Source of the DNA: Macrostomum lignano
Taxonomy: Eukaryota
Direction of reading: 5' to 3'
Length of the DNA: 64,000 nt
Assembly (NCBI GenBank): GCA_002269645.1
Contig: NIVC01003124.1
Location: forward strand, 1-64,000
Under the pieces are notes generated by a model. It worked only from the letters and a program-made list of their open reading frames with translations, had not been told where the DNA came from and did not search any database. Each line of letters begins with the position of its first letter. Positions within the stretch are counted from its first letter, which is position 1. Shown one piece after another: positions 1 to 12,630 of this stretch. Position numbers and translations under genes: made by a program.

Positions 1-1533
1 CTTCCTTAGTCTCATTTAAAAAGCCTGCGATAAGTCGCTCGTTTTCTGAGTCATTTCTCTCAAGAAGCTCATCGAATACTTGTGGATCGCTGAGAGAAAA
101 TGCACTGTAAATGCACTCTCTCATCCATTCAATCCTTGGGTCGTCCATCCTCTCTTTGATGATTTTCAAAGAGTTTCGGACTATCTTACTTACACAAGTT
201 ACTTTGCATACAATTTTTTCTAAGCTTTCTCTCGTAGTTCAATTATTAACATTTTTCACCATAGAAACAAAAATATACAATAAAATTGAAAAATCGCAAC
301 TTTTTTACGTAATTCTTTTAGTTAATTTTATTCAAGCATAAAATAAGAAACATTGCAAAAGCTTTTAATCCTAACAGGATGTTTCTTTTGTTTTACCTTT
401 TTTTGACTATAGTTAAATAAGCCGGTGCTTTGTTCAGACCTGAATAAAAAAAGTTATGAAAAAAGATTGGCGAAAATTACTTTCGATGTCCAACCAATAA
501 GTAAAGAGTTATAGAAAAAACTGTGCTATTCTTCATTTTTTGCTTTTGTTGTGTTGTTAGCACGATAATATTATCCGTTGACAGTGATCCACTTTATATC
601 GGTCATCATTTTTACGCAACGTTTAATATGCAACGCCTGGCTTTAGGCCCTATAATTATATTATAAGGCCTAGGCCTAAGCCTACTACAATTATAGTTCG
701 ACTGTTTTCTATTCTTCGACCACTTTTGTTTTGTCTATTGATAGGCCTAGTAAAACAATACAGTAAATCATATCTCGACAAGACTATCAGAATATGAGGT
801 CGAGGAGAGTGGCCAAATCTATGACAGCTGACAGCATAGGCTTAGGCTAGGGCCCTACATAGGCTTTTAAATGTTTATGCCTTTATAATTGGACATTGGC
901 TTTTTTCATGGGCCTAGCAGTGATGCAAACTAAACTGCTAAACAAGTTTATTAGGCCTAAATTAGTTGTCCTAGTATATGGGCTACAGGGCTATGTCTAT
1001 TATCAGGCTATGTTTATTTGAGGCCTAGGCCTATTAGGTCTATATTATAGGCTAACTGAAAGAACCCTAAAGACTAGGGCCTAGTCTAAGCCAGGGCCAG
1101 GCCTATATTAGTATTACTAGGCCTAATTAAGCACAATTTCAATGACTATTTGCTTAGTAGGCCTATGTCATAGGCTAGTCTATCGAATATAGAATGGCTA
1201 GGCCTATATATTATATATTCAGCCTAAAGTGTTATTTATTATAGACTATATGTATTAGCTCTTATATGTACATTCATATATAAAATCCAAACAATGCTAG
1301 TGAGAGAGAATTGTTCTAAAGAATCAATGTGGAGAGCTACAAGATAGAATATAGACAATTTCTAATCAATACCATCATCCTTAGATACTAGTACTTGCTA
1401 GCCATACCAATGTTGTGCCCCTTGGATCTCTTTAAAAGATGCAACAATCAAAAGATACGAACAATAGTGTAAAACAAACAATAGTGAGAGCAACTGGGGT
1501 AACAAAGTGATGATACTAAATGTCAGTGCATTA

Positions 1534-2262
1534 GGGCCATTTCATATAATTATGGTTGTAACATGACAGACTATTTTTACTTATAAAATGAAATCTAATA
1601 ATAAAATATACTAAACCAATATTTTGAATGAAAGATTATTTTGTCAAGAATATGTTTATAAAGTTTCATTATAGATATCATCATTATTATAGATGCTATT
1701 AAACCTTGAATAGCACTTATGGTTGTAACAACAAGATTTTTGACATATAGAAACTAAAAGGTAAAAGTCTTATAACATTTTTCATTTTTTATATTTTGCA
1801 ATAATTTTTTTTAATTTGACTAAGAACATCTTTAGAAGTCATACTCTTATTAGAATATATAAACTCAAAAGGCAACAAAGATACAAAAGAAAAGGCAGCC
1901 TTATGGTCGTAATATTATGGTCGTAACATATTTTTTTCTGTCAATTCAGACTTATTCAGTAACTTTGAAATACTAATATATTTTAAAAATATAATAGATT
2001 ATATGGTTGCTAATGTTTTTATCTGATGATGCAAGTACTATAATTTTATATATAGTTTGTTTTAACCTTCTAAAGCTTTCTATTTGTTTTTAAAAGGTAC
2101 ATAAGCTTAATGATATATTTTGTATCATTTATTTATTCTTAGATTGTATACATTATATACAAAAAAGATTTGGTAAAAAAATTGGCTGATAAGGCAATAA
2201 CAAGCAAAAATATTGACTTTTTTCTATTTTCCAAATATGTCCATCTTATATGGAATGGGCCA
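1534..2262. mobile_element. Probable PIF/Harbinger-like MITE (non-autonomous, AT-rich)
   Basis: Imperfect TIRs GGGCCATTTCATATAA (1534) / TTATATGGAATGGGCCA (to 2262); TTA on both flanks (1531-33, 2263-65); internal repeats of TATGGTYGTAAC. Confidence 0.5.
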
Positions 2263-3300
2263 TTAAGGATGCAACAAATGTCTCAAAGGGTTGTAGAAAA
2301 AATCATATTAGTCACAACTGATCTATATCATTGTGAATAGTGTTCAGAAGGCCACCAAATACAGCTGCTTTTGTTGCAACCATGGTTGTCAGGTGGGGGT
2401 TCATAGGCAATTGCTGTCTTCAAGGTTGATCTTCTTCCCCAGCATCAGCATCAGCTTATCTTCATTAAACACCTGCAAGGTTCTGGAAAAGCTTGCATCC
2501 CTGCTTGCGCCCTAAGGGGTAGGGTCTGCCCTTGATTAAGAAAGCAATCACATTGTAACTGCAGCCCAGTGTTGCGCATCTTACTGCCCAAGAGCACAAA
2601 GTTTTACACCTTAAGACAGCATTAGAATGAGACATGGTACTCTGATTTCTTGACAAAACTCACTAAGGCTACTCTCTTCTGTAAATTTGATGTCTTTAAG
2701 AATGCTCGAAGACCCAGAAAAATAATTGGTTAAGCTTGCACTGGTAGCCCCTGGTTGCAACAGATAGTCCTCAAAGTAGACAAAAGAAAGAAAGAAAGAA
2801 CTCAGCATTGTAGATATTTTAATCACACAATCCAAATGAGAAATTAAAGAACTTCGTGGCAGATCAGATTTCAATTGTGAAGTCTGCTAACTACGCTTAT
2901 AGCTCATTAAAGGTGCAATATTGAAATGAGGATGTTTTTAATTTATTGGGAGGGGCACAAAGTAATAAAAGTGGTAAGAACATGCATTTTTTAAAAGGTA
3001 TTGCATGAAAGAAGAATTTCTAGGAATCGAATTTACTCATCTCATAATCATCTGATTGCTTTAACTAGGAATTTTGCCATTTCACAGCATCTCTGCTTTA
3101 TCTGACTAATGCTTAATTAGTACTGTGGATTGTAAAGTGTGTTGTAGTAAATTGGCAATTCAAGATACTCAGCAGAATTTTGGGACTCCACTAGTACTCG
3201 TGGATATCGTGACTAGAAAAGAAGTGATAGCATGCTCCAAATGATAAGTCACAAATCGCTAATGAGAGCTGAGCTCTTCAAGCCATATTAAGCTCATGGG

Positions 3301-4096
3301 TAGGGATGTCAATTCCTGGGACTTTCTACTCCCCGGGGTCCCCTGGGGAATTTGAACCCTTTCCCAGGGAATCCTTGGGGTTTCCCCGGGGTTTCAAGGT
3401 TTTGCATCTCCTAGCAGATACTTCAAAATAATAAAAACTTACTAAGAATAAGAACTAAAATTATATAAAAACTTTCAAACCATGAATCCATGACCTCAAG
3501 GCCACAATATATGAACACAACTACACAAGGCATTGCTGCACTATTTATTATCTTATCAATCAATCTTATTAAATATCTTATCATAATCAATAGAAACAGA
3601 TCTTACACACATTGTTTCCATTAGTTTAGATCAATATAGCAAATGTATTTGAAAAAGGCTATGAAAATATAAAATGGTCCTAATTTGGTCAGACAGGCAC
3701 TTAGGATTTTATCTTCAACAGTTTTAGATACTTGAGACTAAGAAACTTATTTAACTAATCAATTATTTATTCAAATTTCATTGAATCTATTTACATTTAT
3801 TTTATGATATTGACTTTACCTTAATGTATTTAACTTGGTATGTTTGTTTTCTTTGGCAATTTTTCGCTGAAACACTACTTTCACTGGAAGCACTGTGTTA
3901 CCTTACTGTGTATAGAATTAGATTCTTTTGTTAAAATAGGCTTGTAGAATAGTTAGGTTGGAGAGAGTCTTATCTTTTTTCATTGTTTCATTGCTCATTG
4001 TTTTTTTTATCCTGGGATGAGGATCCCCGATGGACCTCCCCGGGGTGCCTCCCTGGTGGTACACCCCGGGGAGTGCTCCCCGGGATGACATCCCTA
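3301..4096. mobile_element. Non-autonomous hAT element (MITE)
   Basis: Perfect 11-bp TIR TAGGGATGTCA (3301-3311) / TGACATCCCTA (4086-4096); 8-bp TSD CTCATGGG (3293-3300) / CTCATGGA (4097-4104); subterminal CCCCGGGG repeats at both ends. Confidence 0.85.
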
Positions 4097-4887
4097 CTCA
4101 TGGATGTGTCAAGTCCACCTGGTCTCACTAATTCCCATTTACAGTCTCTGACACCACAGCAACCAAGCTCAGTATTTTTACATTAAGATGATCGATTGAC
4201 TCTGAAATGTATGAAGTATTGAATAGTTAGCTCAGTATATAGCTCGTATATAGAATGTACCGCACCTAATTCAGTTTAATTTCACATTGGCATTAATAAA
4301 TTAAATTATAGAATATATTTTCCCCTTAAAAACGCTACTGAGACAAGAATCGCTAAAGAATCATAGCAAACAAAATCATAGCAAACAACTCACTACTCGT
4401 ACAACTAAGAGGTAACTGTTGAGTCACGTGAGTTGCAGAATTGTAAAAAGAGTCGCTGTGTTAGCGCTTAACTTTCTACTAACTCAAGTAGACTTAAATA
4501 GAGTTGTTATAAATGCGAAATTCGATTCTAATTAGGCGACGCAGATGTACTTTAGACGCAACTCAGTGACTCTACAGCAACTCTGGCACGCCTCAGATCT
4601 GACTCTACGATCCCAGAGTCGTTTCAGAGTCTCAGACAAAAAACGCCTCAAATTGACTCTTAGGCGACTTGTACCGTGACATCCAGAGTCACTTCTTTCC
4701 TATTTTACCTGTGTTACCTACAACGATTATGGGACGCTGAAATTTGCCTGTTTTCATCGGGTTTGTTATCTGTCTTATTAATATGTATATAAATAATTAT
4801 TAACAATTCCAGTTTGCATCCCCTTCCCCTGCATGCTTGCGACAAAGTTCATTAAATAATTTTAAATAATCAAAACAATTTCACCTG

Positions 4888-6879
4888 ATGGCTAGCGGCT
4901 CCGGCAGTAGCTCTTTTGAAAAGACTCAAGATTTTAAGAAATTCCTATCCCAAAGTCGCAGCGATTGGGACCCAGAATTTGCGCCAAATGCTCCACTACC
5001 GGCGTCATGTTTGGCCCGGGTGAAAAATGAACTAGTGTCAATCTTTAACGATCCCATTCCTGGGATATTTGTTGTGCAAGACGACGCCGATTTGGGAAAA
5101 GTGCACGCTCTGCTAACTGGCCCATTTGAGACGCCGTATGAAGGCGGTTTCTTCTACATTATCATGCGAGTGCCGCCGCAGTATCCCAATCAGCCGCCAA
5201 GGGCTCGTCTAGTTACCACTGGCAATGGTCAGGTGCGATTCAATCCGAATCTGTACAAGAATGGCAAGATTTGTTTGAGCATACTGGGCACCTGGCAGGG
5301 ACCGGGTTGGACGCCTGTAATGAGCCTGCGTAGCGTCCTGCTATCCATTCAGACTTTGCTTAACGAGCGGCCGTATCACAATGAGCCAGGCTTTGAGGTG
5401 AGTTATTGATTGATTGAGAATTATACAACTTGCTGTGATTAGTATAGTGCTTGAGCTTGAGCTAACTGGTTAGTCTTCCAGATCCTCATCTGCTGGGCCA
5501 GCCTCTCAGATCCTCAGTTGCTAGGCCAGCCTCCCAGATCCTCAGTTGCTGGGCCAGCCTCTCAGATCCCCAGTTGCTGGGCCAGCCTCCCAGAGTGTCA
5601 GTTGCTGGGCCAGCCTCTCAGATCCCCAGTTGCTGGGCCAGCCTCCCAGAGTGTCAGTTGCTGGGCCAGCCTCCCAGATCCTCAGTTGCTGGGCCAGTCT
5701 CCCAGATCCTCAGTTGCTGGGCCAGCCTCCCAGAGTGTCAGTTGCTGGGCCAGCCTCTCAGATCCTCAGTTGCTGGGCCAACCTCTCAGAGTGTCAGTTG
5801 CTGGGCGAGCCTCTCAGATCCTCAGTTGCTGGGCCAGCCTCTCAGATCCTCAGTTGCTAGGCCAGCCTCCCAGATCCTCAGTTGCTGGGCCAGCCTCCCA
5901 GATCCTCAGTTGCTGGGCCAGCCTCCCAGATCCTCAGTTGCTGGGCCAGCCTCCCAGATCCTCAGTTGCTGGGCCAGCCTCCCAGATCCTCAGTTGCTGG
6001 GCCAGCCTCCCAGGTCCACATTGCATTGCTACATCAATGAATTGCCCAGGTGGAGCGTCAGCAGGGAGACGCCCAGGCCTACTATGACATTATCACGCAC
6101 GAGACGATTCGAGCCGCAGTCTGCGACATGCTCGAACGCCGGGTTAGCAACCTACCGAAGCCGTTTTATCAGGTGCGCACCTTTACCTTGACTTGTCCGT
6201 TAGCTCTATTGAATTGAGCTCTTCTGAATTGAGTAGATTGAAACACAAACTCCTGATACGTTTATGAAATTTCCTAGTCCATTCACAACATCCTGCTGCC
6301 TTCACACAATCCCCGGTTACCTCACCGCAATCTTTTGGTCTGTTCACACAATCTTATGATACTCGTACATTCACACAGCTTCTTATGCGTTCACACGACC
6401 TCCTGGTGAATTCACACAATCTGATATACGTTTCCACAATCTCCTGGACCATTCACACAATCTCTCGATGCGTCCACATAACCTGATGTATTCACACAGT
6501 TTTCTAAAGCATACACACGATCTCCGGTTACCTTCCCGCAATCTCACTGGTCCGTTCACACAAGCCCCAATCAGATTCACAGTCCCCATAATCTATTCAG
6601 CCAATAGTCCAAGTCCAAGCATACCATCACCCCAACAATGCTCGCCAGGTGATGCAAGACAATTTCCCGGACTATTATCAGCACTACACTGAGATCTGCC
6701 GACGCAACCAAGCCAAAGACGGCACACAGATGCGCGACCCGTTTGGCGACAGTCGGCCGAAATTTAATTACACAAATCTGCTGGCCCGCCTGGAGGCAAT
6801 CTATAAGAGCTGTGTCTCGTCATCCACTGCAGCAGCGGCTGGCGGGTCTGGCAGCAACAGTGGAACCATCGGTCACTAA
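4888..6879 (+). CDS. UBE2Z: Ubiquitin-conjugating enzyme E2 Z (USE1), 3 exons, ~287 aa
   Basis: Exons 4888-5397, 6050-6172, 6649-6879 (phase 0, GT-AG). UBC fold with [19 protein letters not shown] (catalytic Cys); UBE2Z-type C-terminal extension [12 protein letters not shown]...[14 protein letters not shown]. Confidence 0.93.
5479..6013. repeat. 28-bp minisatellite in UBE2Z intron 1
   Basis: Unit CAGATCCTCAGTTGCTGGGCCAGCCTCC, ~19 copies. Confidence 0.95.
6280..6590. repeat. Degenerate tandem repeat in UBE2Z intron 2
   Basis: Recurrent TTCACACAATCT motif. Confidence 0.7.
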
Positions 6880-7099
6880 GACCTTCTTCAGGTGACAAGT
6901 AATTCTTCAAGTCATTAACATAATATAACCTGTGTTGTTGTTGTTTGTAAACAAGTAGCACTGTTAGTAGTATGAGAATCTACCTTTGTCTAGATAGATT
7001 TTTAATGCATTCCCTCATATTCAATAGGTTTGAAGTTATTGAATAGTGGGAAATCTTATTTTTTCATATATGACCATAGAAACTGTAATAGGAGTAGTT

Positions 7100-7312
7100 A
7101 TTATTGATTACACCTGCCCCGATGGCCTGATGTGAAACCGACATCTCAGCCGCAGCTATTTGCGCGGCACATCAGAAGGCTGCGTACGGCTGTTCAGTCC
7201 AATGACTGGGGAGGGTGGGGGTCGCCACCCACTCTCTCAATTACCCCAGCTAATGCTGGCACCCATTTTACAGCTGAGTGAACTGAAGCAATGCAGAGTT
7301 ACCATAGGCCGA
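7100..7312 (-). mobile_element. CORE-type SINE copy (5' truncated)
   Basis: Reverse complement aligns by eye to 40460-40650 over ~200 bp, including the MIR-core-like segment CATTGCTTCAGTT...TGTAAAATGGGTGCCAGCATTAGCTGGGGTAA. Confidence 0.8.
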
Positions 7313-8184
7313 ATATGCAAGCACCACTTCTTGCTAAATTAATATCAATAGTTGTAAAAAGACAAGACTTTCCGCCTCTGAATGACTCCAAAACAATCTA
7401 GTGCATTATATGTCAAAGTAAATTGAGTTACATCAGAGACCTTTCAAATCTATAAGCAGTTGCAGATTAAATTACGGGACTATGCTACTTAAATCAACTC
7501 GTTATTATTGTGCGTATTCCTGCACATAAATGCGAAAATACTGTTATAACAAATATTGGTTTTTAATAAATCTCTCAAACTCGCTTCTGTATGAATAATT
7601 AACCCCCTGGCACCTAAGTATGCTGTGTCCGTGTCTTTTAGTAAGTTTTTTGGATAAAAGAGAAACTTATAGGTAGGTACACCTATATAATCATCCCGTT
7701 TCGTTTTGCTATTTGAAAAACAATAATAACCTTGCCCTAAATAAACTTTGCACCTAATCTTCATTTACAGTTTTCCTACTTTTGTCAACTATGTCTGCTT
7801 ATACTGTGTCTGTTTTAATAAGATCAAGTTTAAAAAAACAATTTAAAAACTAACTGTGTTTTGTCTTTCACATTTTGTTTCTGTTACGTAATATTAGGCT
7901 ACTTATTAAAGTTGCTGTAATAATCAATATTTTCTTTGTTAACCATGTAAGTAGTGCATAAGTAGTCTGTTTAGCGTATAGAAAGATGAACTGAAATGAA
8001 CTGATAGTAAAGTACCTAAGTAGTAATACGTTAGGCAGTGCGTTGTGTTAATTGTGCTCTCTATTGTCCACCTGCACCTTAACTATGCATAATTTAATTA
8101 TATTCCCGCTTTTTGGTGTCTCCAGGTAGCTCTGGTGACATTTCTATATTTTTGTGTGTAATGCTGATGCCCACAAATAACTTC

Positions 8185-8815
8185 TACTCTCTCTCTCTCT
8201 CTACCCTCCTCTCTCCTCTACCCTCCTCTCTCCTCTACCATCCTCTCTCTCTTCTACCCTCCTCTCTCTCCTCTACCCTCCTCTCTCTTCTACCCTCCTC
8301 TCTCTCCTCTACCATCCTCTCTCCTCTGCCCTCCTCTCTCCCTCTACCATCCTCTCTCCTCTGCCCTCCTCTCTCCTCTACCATCCTCTCTCCTCTACCA
8401 TCCTCTCTCCTCTGCCCTCCTCTCTCCTCTACCATCCTCTCTCCTCTACCATCCTCTCTCCTCTACCATCCTCTCTCCTCTGCCCTCCTCTCTCCTCTAC
8501 CATCCTCTCTCTCTTCTACCCTCCTCTCTCTCCTCTGCCCTCCTCTCTCTCCTCTACTATCCTTTCTCCTCTGCCCTCCTCTCTCCCTCTACCCTCCTCT
8601 CTCCTCTACCCTCCTCTCTCTCCTCTACCCTCCTCTCTCCCTCTACCCTCCTCTCTCCTCTGCCCTCCTCTCTCTCCTCTACCCTCCTCTCTCTACCATC
8701 CTCTCTCTCTACCATCCTCTCTCCTCTGCCCTCCTCTCTCTCCTCTACCATCCTCTCTCCTCTGCCCTCCTCTCTCCCTCTACCCTCCTCTCTCCTCTGC
8801 CCTCCTCTCTCTCTC
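8185..8815. repeat. Polypyrimidine CT-rich tandem repeat
   Basis: Units such as CCTCTCTCCTCTACCAT. Confidence 0.95.
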
Positions 8816-9235
8816 TTCCCTTATCTCTCCCTCACTACCCTAATTCTCATCAGCTATCAGTTTCACTCAAATCACATCGCTTAAATTCTCTTTCCGTCTC
8901 AACAATGCCAATCAGCGGGAATCTCTTCTTACTTCTTAATTATATTGCCAGCACTTTTTTTAAAGTACAGCAGTATGTCATGTACTTTTTATCAAGCAGC
9001 TTGTATTAGTAGCGTTTGTCCGTAACTGTCTTGTAGGTTTGTTGCCATTAAAAAAACAAACCGTTTTCCTGCTATTGCGTCCCGATGCTCTGCAGCGAGA
9101 ATTCAGTTAGTTGTATGCTTTTTTAGTTTCTCTGGCATCACTTTTTGTTGTTACTCTGTCTCGTCAAGTGTTTGTAAGCGATCTTTCTTACTGTTTCAAT
9201 TCGAAACTAAATTGCTTGCTAAATTGTCCAGTTAG

Positions 9236-10075
9236 GGTCCTACGACAACTGACTGCTGCTGCAAATGTATTGCCCTAACTTTACTTTGCCCTAATTGCCC
9301 TAACCTAATCCTAATTACTAAAGCCTGTAACCATAACTAACAACCTAAACATACCCGCTTAATGTTAACCCAAAGCTATTGTAACTTAGAACCTATCCTA
9401 AACCCCATTCTAAACAACAATCTAAACCCTATCCTTAACCCCAACCTAAACCCTATCCTAAACACCAACCTAAATTCTATCCTATACCCTATCCTAAACA
9501 TTAACCTAAACCCTATCCTAAACATTAACCTAAACCCTATCCTAAACACCAACCTAAACCCTATCCTAAACACCAAGCTAAACCCTATCCTAAACACCAA
9601 CCTAAACCCTATCCTAAATACCAACCTAATCCCTTTCCTGAACCCCAACCTAAACCCTATCCTAAACATTAACCTAATCCCTATCCTAGACATTAACCTA
9701 AACCCTATCCTAAACATCAACCTAAACCCTATCCTAAACATCAACCTAAACCCTATCCTAAACACCAACCTAAACCCTATCCTAAACACCAACCTAAACC
9801 CTATCCTAAACATTAACCTAAACCCTATCCTAAACACCAACCTAAACCCTATCCTAAACACCAACCTAAACCCTATCCTACTAAATACCAACCTAATCCC
9901 TTTCCTAAACATCAACCTAAACCCTATCCTAAACATTAACCTAAACCCTATCCTAAACATTAACCTAAACCCTCTCCTAAACACCAACCTAAACCCTAAC
10001 CTAAACATAAACCTAAACCCCAACCTAAAAGGTAGGCAGGAAGTCATGTGTCTGGCAGTGAATTGCCGTGCTCCC
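9236..10075. mobile_element. Inverted-repeat-bounded element (HINE/Helentron-like or MITE) containing a telomere-like 24-bp array
   Basis: GGTCCTACGACAACTGACTG (9236-9255) is an imperfect inverted repeat (~14/20) of CAGTGAATTGCCGTGCTCCC (10056-10075); internal array AACCTAAACCCTATCCTAAACACC at 9375-10025. Confidence 0.5.
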
Positions 10076-10654
10076 GTCCCGTTAATAATATACAGGTAGG
10101 AGCGTATAATAAAAATTATAGGTATTTGTTCTAATGTTGTTTGTTTTAGATTTAGCGTTGCTAAATGATTAGGAGCTTGTAAAAAATTGATAAGAATTTA
10201 TATTTATTATTCAAATATATTTGCCCCTTATACTAGAATGTATCTATTATCATGCTCTGTTGAATGCTTCGAATTTAATACAATGTACACGCGAGTGTTT
10301 TTTTAACTTTGAAGAGTTGATTAAAGTTTATACAGTAATATGTTCTTCTGTAGCAACTAAAATCTATATAGTGTTTTTGGTCTTGGTAAATAAGATAATG
10401 TAAGTCTGCAAAAATCAGCACTTACATACAGTAATTATATAGTCCTTAAATACATGTAATACTACGAGTAAAGCTAGTTAATAATTACAAATCTAATAAC
10501 TGTATACATGTAAGCCATGCTTGTTATTTATGTTACGATTACTAATTCAGTTGGAATTTTTGTTAGACTTACCGTAGGCGAGCCACTTACACACCTGCTG
10601 TGCTGCCATATTAACACTGAAGCAGTGTTTCAATTGAAATGCTTGTCACCCTGC

Positions 10655-11900
10655 ATCTCACAACTATCACCCTGCATACATGTATTACTACTATCACCCT
10701 GCATCTCACTACTATCACCCTGAATACATGTATTACTACTATCACCCTGAATCTCTACTATCACCCTGCATCTCACTACTATCACCCTGGATCTCACTAC
10801 TATCACCTTGCATCTCACTACTCCCTGCATCTCACTACTATCACCCTGCATCTCACTACTATCACCCTGAATACATGTATTACTACTATCACCCTGAATC
10901 TCTACTATCACCCTGCATCTCACTACTATCACCCTGAATACATGTATTACTACTATCACCCTGAATCTCTACTATTACCTGCATCTCACTACTATCACCC
11001 TGCATCTCACTATTATCACCCTGCGTCTCACTACTATCACCCTGGATCTCACTACTATCACCTTGCATCTCACTACTATTACCCTGAATCTCACTAGTAT
11101 CACCCTGAATCTCACTACTATCACCCTGGTTCTCACTACTATCACCTTGCATCTCACTACTATTACCCTGGATCTCACTACTATCACCCTGCATCTCACT
11201 ACTATTACCCTGAATCTCACTACTATGACCCTGCATCTCACTACTATGACCCTGCATCTCACTACTGTCACCCTGAATCTCCCTACATGTACCATGACCC
11301 TGTATCTCACTACTATCACCCTGCATCTCACTACTGTCACCCTGAATCTCCCTACATGTACCATGACCCTGTATCTCACTACTATCACCCTGCATCTCAC
11401 TACTGTCACCCTGAATCTCCCTACATGTACCATGACCCTGCATCTCACTACTATGACCCTGCATCTCACTACTGTCACCCTGAATCTCCCTACATGTACC
11501 ATGACCCTGCATCTCACTACTATCACCCTGCATCTCACTACTGTCACCCTGAATCTCCCTACATGTACCATGACCCTGTATCTCACTACTATCACCCTGC
11601 ATCTCACTACTGTCACCCTGAATCTCCCTACATGTACCATGACCCTGTATCTCACTACTATCACCCTGCATCTCACTACTGTCACCCTGAATCTCCCTAC
11701 ATGTACCATGACCCTGTATCTCACTACTATCACCCTGCATCTCACTACTATCACCCTGAATCTCCCTACATGTACCATGACCCTGCATCTCACTACCATG
11801 ACCCTGCATCTCACTACTGTCACCCTGAATCTCCCTACATGTACCATGCATGACCCTGCATCTCACTACTATCACCCTGCATCTCACTACTGTCACCCTT
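10655..11900. repeat. 21-bp minisatellite with 69-bp higher-order unit
   Basis: Unit CCCTGCATCTCACTACTATCA; at ~11270-11850 a 69-bp composite unit (CCCTACATG at 11281, 11350, 11419). Confidence 0.95.
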
Positions 11901-12630
11901 CTGAATCTCCCTCCTGTTTCCCGGGCTATGGGCACCCTGGCGCAATGCCTTCGGCGACTTCGGTAGATTTTAAGAGTAGATTTTTTACGGACACGTGACT
12001 CTACAGACTCTATAAGTATTCTAAACTGGGACATTTTTAGCCACTCACTCGTCTACACGGGCTATTTTATTTTATGGTGTGGTGCAGACTGGAGGCGGAT
12101 TTGGATCAATTGACGCGAAAATTTGGACATGACCAATTATCTCCCTCCTTGAATGTAATTAACACCTTTACGTATAATCCAACTTGTCTTGTTTGTGCCT
12201 CGCAGTTCTACGAGGATGTAGCTGCTGATCAACCAGCAAATCGCGGGGTTAGTTTTTAATTACTTAATTACCTGTAATTATCAATTAGATTTATTTGGAT
12301 TGGTCACAATTTAGTCCGACTCTATCTAACAAACCTGGTAATATTGTCAGCGGTGGACAGGTGTAATAAGTATAGTTATCTATTATCTAATCAGATAATT
12401 ATTTGATAAAAGATTCCTACACGTCAGTAGAAACTAATTACATGTACTCAGTAGTGTGTTGAATTACACTCTAATTACATGTATTAGCAATGTTATCTGT
12501 CGTTTAAATAGCCGGGGTCTGGGTGTTATGCTGGCTAATGGCCATGAGTGGCTCGTATTTAAGGAAGAGAATTTATATTTTGCATTGATTTTCAAGACAT
12601 TGTCTTTAGAAAATTTCTTTGTTATTCAAA

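Noticed and set aside
2270-2880. Minus-strand ORF fragments that might be a decayed retroelement RT
   Set aside because: No diagnostic motif (e.g. YADD) recognisable; cannot be supported without a search.
5518-6191. Three overlapping ORFs of 104-205 aa
   Set aside because: They translate the 28-bp intronic repeat; the real exon 2 is 6050-6172 in another frame.
9375-10025. Interstitial telomere / chromosome fusion site
   Set aside because: The unit is a 24-bp composite rather than (TTAGGG)n and is enclosed by inverted repeats.
8113-12034. Long ORFs (298, 245, 381, 311 aa etc.)
   Set aside because: Stop-free frames of CT-rich, 24-bp and 21/69-bp tandem repeats; no splice or domain support.
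11921-12065. CGGGCTAT direct repeat suggesting an 8-bp TSD
   Set aside because: No terminal inverted repeats between the two copies; may be chance.
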